From: Octopus vulgaris
Lineage: Eukaryota
Length of the DNA stretch: 64,000 nucleotides
Reading direction: 5' to 3'
Assembly: GCA_951406725.2 (NCBI GenBank)
Contig: OX597828.1
Coordinates: forward strand, 12,772,001 to 12,836,000
Shown here piece after piece: positions 39,370 to 52,586 of this stretch. Position 1 is the stretch's first letter; each line of letters opens with the position of its first letter. A program made the position numbers and the translations under genes. Under the pieces are notes generated by a model. The model had not been told where the DNA came from and ran no database searches. It saw nothing but the letters and a program-made list of their open reading frames with translations.

Positions 39370-39961
39370 AAAAACTATATATTATAAAGCAGTTTCCTTT
39401 CTTTTTATATAACTTAGTCACAGAAGGAAGGGTGGTTGGTACTTGCTGGGAATATGGGAGGTTTCCACAGACCTAAGGCCTGTCCCGAATACTCAGAGTA
39501 TACTCCGTTAAAGATACACAAGGACCATGAGGCCTCTGGGTCATGGGTCCTGGATCCTGGGTCCTGGGTGAAGTATTAAGCCTACTGCCCGAAGCCAACA
39601 ATGCTTCTTCCTACGGCTTCCACACTGTTCCGGGCCCCCATTTTCCCTCACAATGATTTGATCGACTCGAGGTAACGGTAGAAGACACTTGCTCAAGATT
39701 CTACGCAGTAAAATTGAACCTGAAAGCACGTGGTTATCTTTTAGCTTTTACTTGTTTCAGTCATTAGCCTGCGGCCATGCTGGAGCACTACTTTAAAGAA
39801 TTTTTAGTCGAATGAATCGACTCTAGTACTCACATTTTGTTAAACCTGGTTCTTATTCTATCGATCTCTGTTGCTCAACCGGTAGATAACGGGGGTGCAA
39901 ATACACCAACATCGGTTATCAAGCGGCACTGGGAGACAAACACACACGTACACACACTCAA

Positions 39962-40042
<81 letters not shown>

Positions 40043-40227
40043 GGGAGAGTTTACGAAAAAAACAAAAGACGAAGACAGGTGGTGTACAAAACAAACAGAT
40101 GTATTAGTATAACGCTCAGGAATAGAAAAAGTCTTTTACGTTTCGAGCCTACACTCTTCTACAGAAAGGGACACAGAAAAAAAACAAGGAGAGAAAAAAA
40201 TGTGTGTAGTGGCTAACGATCTATCAT
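40043..40227 (-). mobile_element. Penelope-like terminal fragment with a minimal hammerhead-like motif, inserted in the (TA)n of a SINE A copy
   Basis: Bounded by TA repeats. Minus strand 40170-40131 reads CCCTTT-CTGTAGA-A-GAGT-GTAG-GCTC-GAAA-CGT-A-AAAGAC. Related copies at 49747 and 53734. Confidence 0.65.
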
Positions 40228-40869
40228 ATATATACGACGGGCTTCTTTCAGTTTCAGTTTCCGTCTACCAAATCTACTCACAGGGCTATGGTCGGCCAGA
40301 GGCTATAGTAGAAGACACTTGCCCAAGGTTCCACGCAGTGGGATGAATCTGGAACCATGTGGTTGGGTAGAGAATTCTTAACCAATCTGAAATGCCTGCA
40401 TCTATTTAGCCCCGCTCTATATCACTCCTACGTTTTGTCGTTACTTATAATATGGGCTTCGCTATCTTCTATCTTTTACTTGGACTGTGGTGTCATGCTG
40501 GGGTATCGCCTTGAAGGGATCTTTAGTCAAATAAATCGATCCCAACTATAATACAAATTTCTAAATTTGGTACAACCCCGCAAATTTTGGAAGCAAATAA
40601 GTGTCAGTGTAACGGATCCTAATATTTAACTGGTACCTAGTTTATCACCTTTAATAAAAAATAGTAATAATCCTTTTTACTAAAGACACAAAGCCTAAAA
40701 TTTGGTGGGAGGGAACTAATCGATTACACCGGTACTTAATTTATCGATCCCGAACGGATGAAAGACAAAGTCAACCTCGGCGGAATTTGAACCCAGGGCG
40801 TAGCGACGGGTGAAATAGCGCTGAGCATTTCGTTCAGCGTGCTAACGATTCTGCTAGCTCGCTGCCTTT

Positions 40870-41403
40870 GTATGCAGTGCTCAGGCGCACGACAATTATA
40901 AAAAAAAGGTCGCATCAGGTGTACTGTTGGCGAATTTCATGAAGCATGGAAGTGTTGAAGGATGTAGTGTCTCGACAGCTAACAACTGACGCAGGTAATT
41001 TATTCCATGCTTCAGGAATTCTGAGTGGGAAAAATGTTTCCGAAAGTCATGGATACTGTGCTTTTTTTATATATTTTGTAAGCATGTCCACGAGTGTCTG
41101 ACATATGGAATTCAAAAACGTGCCCAAGGCTGTGGGAAATATGGTGGATAATCTTGTGGGTGTCTACCAAGTCAGTTGCTAGACGTTTGAGCTTTAATGT
41201 GTCCATACCCGGGGAAGCACGACATTCAGATTATGGTAGATGCCTGACGGCTGGTATTCGCTTGGTTGCACGTTTCTGAACAGTTTCCAGAAGGTTGATA
41301 TGCTGAGCAAGATAGGGGTTCCAGACTGGTGATGCAAACTCTGAGTGTGGACGTACTATGGTCATATACAGTTTTAAGTAGAGAGCTGGAGAGCGGATGA
41401 AAA
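40870..41403 (-). mobile_element. CR1-like LINE 3' fragment
   Basis: LYLKLYMTIVRPHSEFASPVWNPYLAQHINLLETVQKRATK...DLVDTHKII...TRGHAYKI, typical CR1-group ORF2 C-terminus, with stops. Confidence 0.85.
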
Positions 41404-42102
41404 GCTAAAGAGCGAGGATTTAACTGCCGCTATCTTCGTATTCACAGTGTAATGGGATATATCCAGCGATTGTTCCCTTGCTATATTAATACTGATTTCT
41501 CTTCTTACATTGGTACAAAACCACCATTTTATAAAGAAGGAGTGGTGTCGATTGAAATTGAATCAACTATCAGTATATTACTGGTACTTCTCTTAATGAC
41601 CTCGAAAGGAGAAGATGCAAAGGCACTCCATATCAGACTTGAGTGTTTAATATAAGTAAGGTTACAAAATCCTACAACAACTGTGATACTTTTTAGGGCT
41701 TCCGTAAGTGTTAAGGGTAACGGAAGAAGCTATCTTCAGGCTGAGAATATGGCTTGGGAGTCTCTGACTTAGTGTACTCTGTTATCGACACGAAACGATC
41801 AGATGGTAGTTTAGACAAAGTGCCACATTAAGGAGCAGTCTTTTGATGAGCTTCTGCGCAGTTACTGTCAACCAAATTGAATTTGCAAAGCTTTGGGAAA
41901 GAAATTAAATAACTCACTTTCACCATGATGGTGTGCAGTGATATCGAACCTAAAATAAGCGACATTGCGAAACGAATATCTTAATCATTCCACTAGATCT
42001 ACTAAGAAGTCACATCTTGTTCGGAGGCGTTAACCAGTCATTCCCTGATACTTCACCTTACATGGCAATGGTTAAGCTTGACGTCATATATTGTACCAGG
42101 TT

Positions 42103-42590
42103 GAAGGCGGCGAGCTGGCAGAAACGTTAGCACGCCGGGCGAAATGCGTTGCCGTATTTTCGTCTGCCGTTACGTTCTGAGTTCAAATTCCGCCGAGGTT
42201 GACTTTGCCTTTTATCCTTTCGGGGTCGATAAATTAAGTACCAGTTTCGAACTGGGGTAGATATAATCGACTTAATCCCTTTGTCTGTCCTTGTTTGTCC
42301 CCTCTGTGTTTAGCCCCTTGTGGGTAATAAAGAAACATATATTGCACCAGGTTGAAGGCGGCGAGCTGGCAGAAACGTTAGCACGCCGGGCGAAATGCGT
42401 TGCCGTATTTTCGTCTGCCGGTACGTTCTGAGTTCAAATTCCGCCGAGGTCGACTTTGCCTTTCATCCTTCCGGGGTCGATAAATTAAGTACCAGTTACG
42501 CACTGGGGTCGATGTAATCGACTTAATCCCTTTGTGTGTCCTTGTTTGTCTCCTCTGAGTTTGTCCCACCTTTGTGGGTAGTAAAGAAAT
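42103..42590 (+). mobile_element. Two complete SINE B copies in tandem, separated and flanked by three copies of a 17-bp TSD
   Basis: ATATATT(G/A)(T/C)ACCAGGTT at 42086, 42337 and 42591. Confidence 0.92.
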
Positions 42591-42654
42591 ATATATTATA
42601 CCAGGTTAAGTTGGAAGTGAAGACGTTTATGTCTTTCCCAAAGATATTATCACT

Positions 42655-43079
42655 CTCTCTTTTAGTCTTTTACTTGTTTCAATCATTTGACTGCGGCCAT
42701 GCTGGAGCACTGCCTTTAGTCGAGCAAATCAACCTCAGGACTCATTCTTTGTAAGCCTAGTACTTATTCTATCGGTGTCTTTTGCCGAACTGCTAAGTTC
42801 ACACAAGCATCGGTTGTCAAGCGATGTTGGTGGGACAAACACAGACACGCGAACACACACACACACACAGACACACAAAAACACTCACACACACACACAC
42901 ATGTACATAAACATATATACGACGGGCCTCTTTCAGTTTGCGTCTGCCAAATCCACTCACAAGGCTTTGGTCGGCCCGAGGCTATAGTAAAAGACACTTG
43001 CCCAAGGTGCCACTCAGTGGGACTGAACCCGGAACCATGTGGTTGGTAAGCAAGCTACTTACCACACAGCCACTCCTGC
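42655..43079 (-). mobile_element. SINE family A
   Basis: Reverse complement of family A. Confidence 0.9.
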
Positions 43080-43516
43080 AAATTTCTTCAGCAACTTTTT
43101 TACGGGGATGCAAAGAGTATCGAAACCACGTTGCTATGTAAACTCAATAGCAACTTTATGTAATGTTCTACGAATTACGTCACAGTTGTTTCTGTACGTC
43201 AGTAACTCTCAAATATATTGTTTATTTTCTTTTTTACTCACTCGTGTTTTACAGAGCAAATAAAAATATTTTAGTGCATTTTGTGCATAGAGTGAAAAGA
43301 AAAATATGTATTTAAAAAGTTTGTATTTATAGAGCTCAACTTCGAAAGATAAATAATTTAAACCTCTCTCAGTTTAGTTTGATTGACACTTTCGCGGTTT
43401 ATATTTCTTGCATTAAGACTTTATGTTTAGAAATATTGGTGTATTGTTCATAGTTTTTAAATAAATATTTATTTTCGCGGCGCACCAAGATATATCACGA
43501 AGTACATCAGCGAAGG

Positions 43517-43770
43517 CGGTGGAAGTGGCGGTGGTAGTGGCGGCGGCGGTGGTGGTGGTGGTTGTGGTGGCGGTGGCGGCGGCGGTGGTGGTGGTGGTGG
43601 TGGTGGTGGTGGTGGTGGTGGTGATAGTGGTGGTGGTGGTGGTGGCGGCGGTGGTGGTGTTGGTGGTGGTGGCGGCGGCGGTGGTGGTGGTGGTGGTGGT
43701 GGTGGTGGTGGTTTTGGTCGTCGTCGTCGTCGTGATGGTGGTCGTCCTCGTCGTTGCGGCCGTCGCAGCC
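43517..43770. repeat. (GGT)n/(GGC)n/(CGT)n trinucleotide array
   Basis: Direct reading. Confidence 0.95.
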
Positions 43771-44062
43771 ATGGTACGGTTGGATATTTTCTTCTTTGAC
43801 TACATTATTCTAAATATCAAATGTATTGTCATTACAAGGTCAAATGATATTTTGCCATCCATACTACAATCAGCATATCAAATGTTATGCGTCACTATAT
43901 ACATGTGTGTATATATGTATGTATGTATGGATGGATGGATGGGTGTGTATATGTATGTATGTTTTTATGTATGTAGGTATGTACGTACGTATATATGTGT
44001 GTATGTATGTATGTGACTCTTGAGTCCAGCGTTGCCAGTTTTGTACAAGACATTGTAGATCT

Positions 44063-45581
44063 TTGGCTGGGCTAAAAAGTCACATTCGATCACAGCACCA
44101 GTAACAGTTAAGCTTCGTGCAATGGCTATACTCGATAACGAGGGTGCAGCCGTAATGTATGTATGTACGTATGTATGTATGTTTCTCTGCCCTTTGATGG
44201 GTTACGTTAGGGGTCTCGATGATTGGATCCCGCACCAATAGAATGGGGCTAATCTCGCCCAACAGATCTATATCTGCGATCCGTTGCAGAAGCGTGAAGA
44301 AAACGATCTTTTTTAAGAGAATGGTGACAGGGGACGAAAAACGGATCGTCTACAACATTATGAGGCACAAACGATCATGGGGGAAGGAGGAGGGCGTGAT
44401 CCGAAGAAGGTTATGCTTTCAATTTTTGTTTTTACAAGCTTCTTCCCACAGAGAAGATTATCAATTCGGATGTGTACTGTGAGAAGTTGGACAAATTAAG
44501 CGCAGCGATCCATCAGAAGGGTCCAGCATTTGCTAGCCGTAACGACATTGGCTTCCATCACGACAATGCCAGGCCGTTCTTTGCAAACGCGATAGACGTT
44601 ATTTGGACTTGGCTAAGAAGTTTTGCTGCACCTTCCATATTTGCCTACATGTCCGGTAAGTTTATTGTCATCAGTTGTCATAGGCGTAGGTGTGGTTGTG
44701 TGGTAAGTAGCTTGCTTACCAAGCACATGGTTCCGGGTTCAGTCCCACTGCGTGGTACCTTGGGCTAGTGTCTTCTACTATAGCCGCGGGCCGATCAAAG
44801 CCTTGTGAGTGGATTTGATAGACGGAAACTGAAAGAAGCCCGTCGTATATATGTATGTATATATGTATGCGTGTGTATATGTTTGTGTGTCTGTGTTTGT
44901 CCCACCAACATCGCTTGACAACCGATACTGGTGTGTTTACGTCCCCGTAATTTAGAGGTTCGGCAAAAGAGACCGATAGAATAAGTACTAGGCTTACAAA
45001 GAATAAGTCCTGGGGTCGATTTTCTCGACTAGAGGCGGTGCTCCAGCATGACCGCAGTCAAATGACTGAAACACGTAAAAGAGTAAAAGAGTTCACCGCA
45101 GAAAAAGTTCATTGTCATCAATTCACCGTTTTTTTAGGAGGAGGTTTCCAGTAAAATAGTTTTTAACTATTAATAGAGAAATACTCTGGATATATTCTCT
45201 CGGTAAACTTGCCTTTCGATAAACTTTCCTCGCGGTGAACGTTCTTCACGATAAACTGATGACGGTAAACTCACCTACAATTATTCGCCCAACCTTGCAC
45301 CTTCAGATTTCCCCTGCATCAGTCTCTTCAGAATTCATTGAATGGACAGACTTTCAGCTCTGAAGAGGATGTGAAAATTCACCTGGAAGAGTTTTCCACC
45401 AATAAAGACAGACAGGTCTTTGAGTGGGGTCTGCTCACAAAAAGGATCTCCTCACAAGATGTCAGAAAATATATAACGAAATGGTAATTATATTACTGAT
45501 TGAATAAATCGCTTTGTGTTTAAAACTTGCATCTTACTTTCCTTTAAAAAAAAACTGGAACGAACTTTTTGGCCAACCCAG
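44063..45581 (+). mobile_element. Decayed mariner transposon with nested MITE and SINE
   Basis: Motifs MVTGDEK.IVY, YCEKLDKL, FHHDNARP and YSPNLAPSDF. Ends TTGGCTGGGCTAAAAAGT / ACTTTTTGGCCAACCCAG-TA. Confidence 0.88.
44682..45092 (+). mobile_element. SINE family A nested in a MITE inside the mariner
   Basis: Matches family A. Confidence 0.9.
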
Positions 45582-46031
45582 TATATTAAAACCTAGTTAA
45601 GTGTAAAATTAATGAGAAGCAGGCAGCCCTGTTTTTTTTTTTTTTTTTTTGCTTTTTTTTTTTTGCTCATTCATTCTAAAATATATTTATTAGTTTGCAC
45701 TGAATCATTCTTTGCATACGTCATACTTGGGTGAATATTTCCGTGTTTCCACATGTGCATATATATTTTTAATTCTTAATAATAAGAGAATATAAATAAG
45801 ATTTGTCTCGTCCAAAAGGAAATGGTTATAAAATATTCACTAACTCACAAAGTAACCAGCATTCATCGTGACACAATCTCTCTGTTCATCCCGGGAGTTG
45901 TCTAAATAAATCAGAAGGTTAATAGCGTTGCTCTAATAGATTTAATAATTCATAATTAAGAATTTCCTTCAGTGTTCTTGTTTTCTTCTGTCTGAAGCAA
46001 CACTATAGCAGCTCTCTCTCTCTCTCTCTCC

Positions 46032-46070
<39 letters not shown>

Positions 46071-46332
46071 ACAAAATACACATGTGAAATTATTTGCAGA
46101 CATATTTATTTCTTACAAGCAGTGCACAAACTGACTGCATTTCTTCTGAACATATGCACACAATAATATGTCTAATGTATGCATAGATGCATATGTAATA
46201 TATGTATGTATGTATATATGTATGTATGTATGTATATACATAATTATAAATATATGTATGTATATATAATGTGTGAATATATATATATGCGTATGTATAA
46301 AGATATATATGAATACTTATATATATACACTT

Positions 46333-46713
46333 ACTCTCTCTTTTACTCCTTTACTTGTTTCAGTCATTTGACTGTGGTCATGCTGGAGCGCCGCTTTTAG
46401 TCGACCCCAGGACGTATTCTTTGTAAGCCTAGTATTTATTCTATCGGTCTCTTTTGCCGAACCGCTAAGTTGTTGGGGGGGATAAACACAGACTCACAAA
46501 CATATACACACACACACACATACATATATAGAGAGAGAAAAGGAGGGTGATGCAACGGGCTTCTTTCAGTTTCCGTCTACCAAATCCACTCACAAAGCTT
46601 TGGTCGGCCCGAGGCTATAGTAGAAGACACTTGCCTATGGTGCCACACAGTGGGACTGAACCTGGAACCATGTGATTCGTAAGCAAGCTACTTACCACAC
46701 AGCTACTCCTGCG

Positions 46714-46716
<3 letters not shown>
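46333..46716 (-). mobile_element. SINE family A
   Basis: Reverse complement of family A. Confidence 0.88.
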
Positions 46717-46756
<40 letters not shown>

Positions 46757-47575
46757 CTTTTCACTTGTTCCAGTCATTAGACTGCGACCATGCTGGTGTA
46801 CCGCCTTGAAGAATTTTTAGTCAAATGAATCGATCTCAGCACATATAGCTCTTTTAAACCTGATACTTATTCTACCAATCACTTTTGCTGAACTTCTAGG
46901 TTACGTTGACGTAACCACACCAACACCGGTTGTCAAGTGGTGCTTGGCACAAACATAGACACAAAGATACACACACACATAGATATATACTTGTGTGTAT
47001 ACGCACACAAACATAGATATATACGTGCACAGAGACACAAACACTCACACCATTCTGACCTCTAAGACTAGTCCCAAAAATCACTGAACCATGATAGACT
47101 AGCCCAGAAACAAAAAAATCTTTTTAATTCCACATTGCTCCTCCTTCCCCCACCCCAACCAACTTCCCACGCTGTCCCCTAAAATAGCAAACATTCCTTA
47201 GCTACACACAAAACAGAAAAATGCCCAAAAGACAGGTTGGTCTCTCTCTAATTTTTGTAAATTCTTAAACATATCTCCTGTGTATATATATACTACCAAA
47301 CAAACATGATTTTTATTGAACTCCTAATACCTTTTGTTGAATATTTTCTTAAATACTTTCTTGTAAACTGTTTTTAACATTTTCTTATAATTATCAAAGA
47401 ATGTATATATGTATTTTAATACTTTTGTGACAACCAGTACTTAACACAACAAAGCTTATACAAAACTTTACATTTTCCTTTTGACAATCTTTTTCTAAAA
47501 AAGTGAAACAGGTCAAGTGAATAAGCATCTTTAAAATTGCATTTTCAAACCTTCTTTCATATATATATGAATCCA

Positions 47576-48848
47576 ATAATACTATTCCACATATGCAAAA
47601 ACAGCCATACCAACAATCTAACATACCGCCATCATCAGCTGCCCCACGGATATCATTATGGTTTCGACACCTATGCAGTACCATTCAATCCGGTGGTGTC
47701 CAACAACACTAAAATAAGTGTTGTTTAGGAACAAACAAAGCAAAGAAACCACAACTTTCAAACACATTTACCCTATGTACAACCGTATCGATGAATAAAT
47801 TCAATAAATAAATTACAACCACACCTAAATACGTAACTAAACAGCGACAACTCAATTAAGTCATACAAAAATTATGATCCCTACCGTCTTCCGTAGTAGA
47901 ATATAAAAGTAAAAGCTTAATAACCACATTATTTCAATCAATCAATTTATAGACAGGATTAAACACTAACTTTAATTAAAACTACAACAAAGTGACATAT
48001 AAACCAATGTACATTGTATCGGTATTAATAGTAAACTGCAATAACTACATATGTACGTATGTATGTATGTATGTATGTATGTGTGTGTATGTATGCATGT
48101 ATGTATGTACGTAAGTATATGTATGTATGCATGCATGTATGTATGTATATATGCATGTATATGTAAGTATGTATGTAGGTATGAAGTTAAGAAGGTAGGT
48201 AGGTAGGTAGGTAGGTAGGTGGTTAGGTAGGTACGTAGGTAGGTAGGTACGTAGGTAGGTAGGTAGGTAGGTAGGTAGGTAGGTAGGTAGGTAGGTAGGT
48301 AGGTAGGTAGGTAGGTAGGTAGGTAGGTAGGCTGGTCGGTCGCTAGCTAGCTATATATATATATATGTGATGAAGGCACGTGGCTTAGTGGTTAGGGCAG
48401 TCAGCTCACAATTGTACGGTCGTGAGTTCAATTCCCGGCGACGCGTTGTGTCCTTGAGCAAGACACTTTATTTCACATTACTCCAGTCCTGTATTTTCTT
48501 TTACCCAAAGCCAGGAATTTTTCAGCATCTCAGCAATCCCACGGTAGGGATTATAATTTTGTACGACTTAATGGATTGGTCGCTGATTAGTTACGTATTT
48601 AGGAGTTAGTTTTTACTTATTGAATTTATTTACCGAAACGGTTGTACATAGGGTAAATGCGTTTGAAAGTTGTGACTTCTTTGCTTTATTTGTTCCCAAA
48701 CAACACTTATTTTAGTGTTGTTGGACACCGCCGGATTGAATGGTACTGCCCAGGTGACGAAACCATAATGATATCCGTGGGGCAGCTGATGATGGAGGTA
48801 TGTTGGATTGTTGAAATGGCTGCTTTTGTATATGCGGAATAGTATTAT
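47576..48848. repeat. Diverged long inverted repeat, ~310-bp arms (47576-47887 and 48541-48848)
   Basis: For example CATCATCAGCTGCCCCACGGATATCATTATGGTTTCG versus CGAAACCATAATGATATCCGTGGGGCAGCTGATGATG. Confidence 0.9.
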
Positions 48849-48893
48849 AAAACTTCCGTTTGATATATATATATGTATATATATATTTATATG

Positions 48894-48926
<33 letters not shown>

Positions 48927-49135
48927 GTATATATATGTACATATATAATATCTGTATATGCATGTATGTGTATATATATATATGTGTGTGTGTGTGTTTG
49001 TGTGTATCAGTTTTTATTACCCTGGCTTCCGTTAGTTTAACCATTCGTCCGAAGATTTCCGTGTTTCCACATGTGCTTATATTTTTTTTATTCTTAATGA
49101 TAAGAGGATATAAACAAGATATGTATGTATGTATG

Positions 49136-49199
<64 letters not shown>

Positions 49200-49680
49200 T
49201 TTTATTGCTTTGGCTTCCGTTGGTTTAACCTTTTATCCTAAAATTTATGACACATATGCGCATATGTGCTAAGTCCGCAGTATTTCCGATACTGCAAATA
49301 CTTGCTTGAGTTCAGGCAATTGATTTCTTGCATTATCAGAAAACTTCTAAATTTATTTATTTGTAAAATTGGAGGAACCTGAGGAGAAGATTTTGTTTAT
49401 TTTCATAAATCGAAAGTGTGTAATCTCGGTAATATTGTCTGTCTGGGATAATACATGTGTTTTTGATTTAAATTTATTGTTCTGTTTGAAATTAGAAAAT
49501 ATCTGATTCAATTAATCTTAGTCTTCAAAACGGCTTTCAGTCGTTTGTTGTTATATAGTACAGTGTCTAGAATTTCAGTCAGCCGTCACAGACTAGTTTT
49601 ACTGACCTCATAACCCCCGCTGACTACGCCCCACAAACACATATGCACATCATATACACAAATACACTCACATATTTATA

Positions 49681-49743
<63 letters not shown>

Positions 49744-49746
49744 ATA

Positions 49747-49843
49747 GGGAGAGTTCACGAAAAAAACAAAGGACGAAGACAGGTAGTGTACAAAACAAAC
49801 AGATGTATTAGTATAACGCCCAGGAATAGAAAAAGTCTTTTAC

Positions 49844-49847
<4 letters not shown>
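49747..49847 (-). mobile_element. Short copy of the (TA)n-embedded Penelope-like terminus
   Basis: Near identical to 40043-40143; TA repeats on both sides. Confidence 0.75.
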
Positions 49848-49931
<84 letters not shown>

Positions 49932-50212
49932 TGTATATGATGTATATGTATGCATGTACGTTTGTATATATGTGTGTATATAAGCAAGCATGCATAAATA
50001 TATGGACATAAATGCACATACTTATAAATGTATGCACACGCATACACGCAGACGTGGGCTGCGTGATAAGAAGTTTGCTTCCCAACCGCCTGGTTCTGAG
50101 TTCAGTTCCACTGTTTGGCACCTTGTGCAAGTGTTTTCTAGTATAGCTCCGGGCCGAGCAAAGTCTTGCTTGTTGATTTGACCGACGAAAACTGAAAAAG
50201 GCCCGTCGTATA

Positions 50213-50264
<52 letters not shown>

Positions 50265-50423
50265 TTGAAAACTGTTGATGGTAAACTTGCGGTTCGACAA
50301 AGAGGATTCGAGAGACTAAATACCAGACTCTAAAAGAAACTACTTGGGTTGATTTGTTCGACTAAACCCTTCAAGTGGTGCTCCAGGATGGGCACAGTCG
50401 AATGACTGAAACAAGTAAAAGAT

Positions 50424-50830
50424 GGGCTGTGTGGTAAGTAGCTTGCTTACAAACCACATGGTTCCGGGTTCAGTTCCACTGCGTGGCACCTTGGGCAAGT
50501 GTCTTCTACTATAGCCTCGGGCCGACCAAAGCCTTGTAAGTGGATTCGGTAGACGGAAACTGAAAGAAGCCCCGTCGTATATATGTATATATGTATATAT
50601 ATATGTATGTGTGTGTATGTGTTTGTGTGTCTGTGTCTGTCCCCCCAGCATCGCTTGACAACCGATGTTGGTGTGTTTATGTCCCCGTCACTTAGCGGTT
50701 CGGCAAAACAGACAGATAGAATAAGTACTAGGCTTACAAAGAATAAATGCTGGGGTCGATTTGCTCGACTAAAGGCGGTGCCACAGCATGGCCACAGTCA
50801 AATGGCTGAAACAATTAAAAGAATAAAAGG
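50424..50830 (+). mobile_element. SINE family A, preceded by an older copy at ~50052-50420
   Basis: Matches family A. Confidence 0.88.
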
Positions 50831-52552
50831 ATACAAACATGCGCTGACAAACACATACATACACACACACACACACAAACGTACACACACAAACACTCAT
50901 ACAAATATTCTCAGACTAAAATCTTGCATATGAATATGCATACACATACATACAAATACATACACCCATGCCTACACACAAACACATAAACATGCATATG
51001 TAATTGCATGCATTTTTCCTATATACACACCGCGCATATATGCATACACATGCATACTCTTGCACAGCACGTTTATAATTGAAAAACCGATGCCATACTA
51101 AGTATTTCTGGTGTACTTAACTTAGTAATACACAACGTTGTGTACTGAGAACCACACCAAAATTTTGGTGGTCACCTGTGATATAAAATATAATTAAAAT
51201 CAAATATATATTTGGTGGTCCTTGTAGTTTTACTCTTCTTTACTCTTTACTTGTTTCAGTCATTTGACTGCGGCCATGCTGGAGCACTGCCATTTGTAAA
51301 GTTTAATCATAATTGTAAAGTTTAATCGTGAATTGTATTTGTAAAGTTTAATTGTAAAGGTATTCACGGTTCGTCTCGTAGCGGGGGGTGGCGAGATGAC
51401 CGTCCCATTTGCATCATAATTATGTTCATTTCATTATCATTTTCCATTCGTCTTTATGTACCCGCATGTCAGTTGTATGTCCCTCTGTATTCAGGCCTTG
51501 TGCCTATAATAAAGAGAATAAACAAATCATTTGTGCAGGTCGTTCAGCACAAAGCTGAACGCCCATACGCCGTCCATCATGTGAAAATTTAAATGATCTG
51601 TCAGCAGAGGAACCCGGAAACCGGTCCTATGCTCCTTACCGAGTAAAGTGGACTAACCATGTCGACTAATAAAATCATAGCAACTTTTGTCTTTCTTTTA
51701 ATATAGCATTCGTTTTGTGTACAACGTTTCAGACAAAATCATTAAACTGGAATATATTTTTTTTTATTGATTTAATTTTACTTAAAGACTATTTTTATTT
51801 TTTACAACTAATCAACTAATTGCGAATTTTAGTAACACCTCTTAATATTTCTGTAATTAACTACAGCTGTCACTCTGAATCGAAGGTGTTTCAGGTTTCC
51901 TCTCGGCCCTCCTACCTTAACCCGACCGAACATTTAGGATGTGAGAGTTACAGGGTGAGAGTGCTGAGTAGACTGGAGCAAAGGGAAATGAAGTATCTTA
52001 GTATTGAACATGACTCATTATACGCTCCAGGAATCGAACTCCGCACTTTGTGAACATGACCTCATCAGCTTCACCAGAAGGCCACGTGCCTTGACTTAAT
52101 CTTCGCTAGTAATTCGTAACTTCAGTATTTCATATTAGCATTCTATGTATGTATGTATGCATGCATTTTTTTAAAGTTTTATTAAAATTTTGAAGATAGT
52201 TCAAGCCGTCACGAATAAAGAGACGACATTTTGAGTTCAGAGAGTTCCCGGTGTTTGTAACTATGTGGTTGAGTTGATGTGTCCGTTGAACTGTCGATGC
52301 ATACACCCAAGTGTGTGCATATATTCACCTAAAGAAAATCAGATGGAGAAACTTCGGAATATCTTACAAATCTTTACTGGGCTATTAATAAATTAGATTT
52401 GCAGAATTCTCTTTCTTCGAAAAACCTAGTATTTCTAGGTTTTTGTGTAAATTTGTTGGCACATAACTTATGATGATAGGTACAAATGAGATTTATAGTC
52501 AAATTATGTATGTATGTATGTATGTATGTATATATGTATGTATGTATGTATG

Positions 52553-52586
<34 letters not shown>

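Noticed and set aside
43413-44016. Poly-Thr/Ala (mucin-like) and poly-Val ORFs
   Set aside because: Translations of a (GGT)n array with no splice or domain support.
48750-48825. Hammerhead ribozyme in the 47576/48541 inverted repeat arms
   Set aside because: CTGATGA and GAAA are present, but I could not build convincing stems and a cleavage triplet in either copy.
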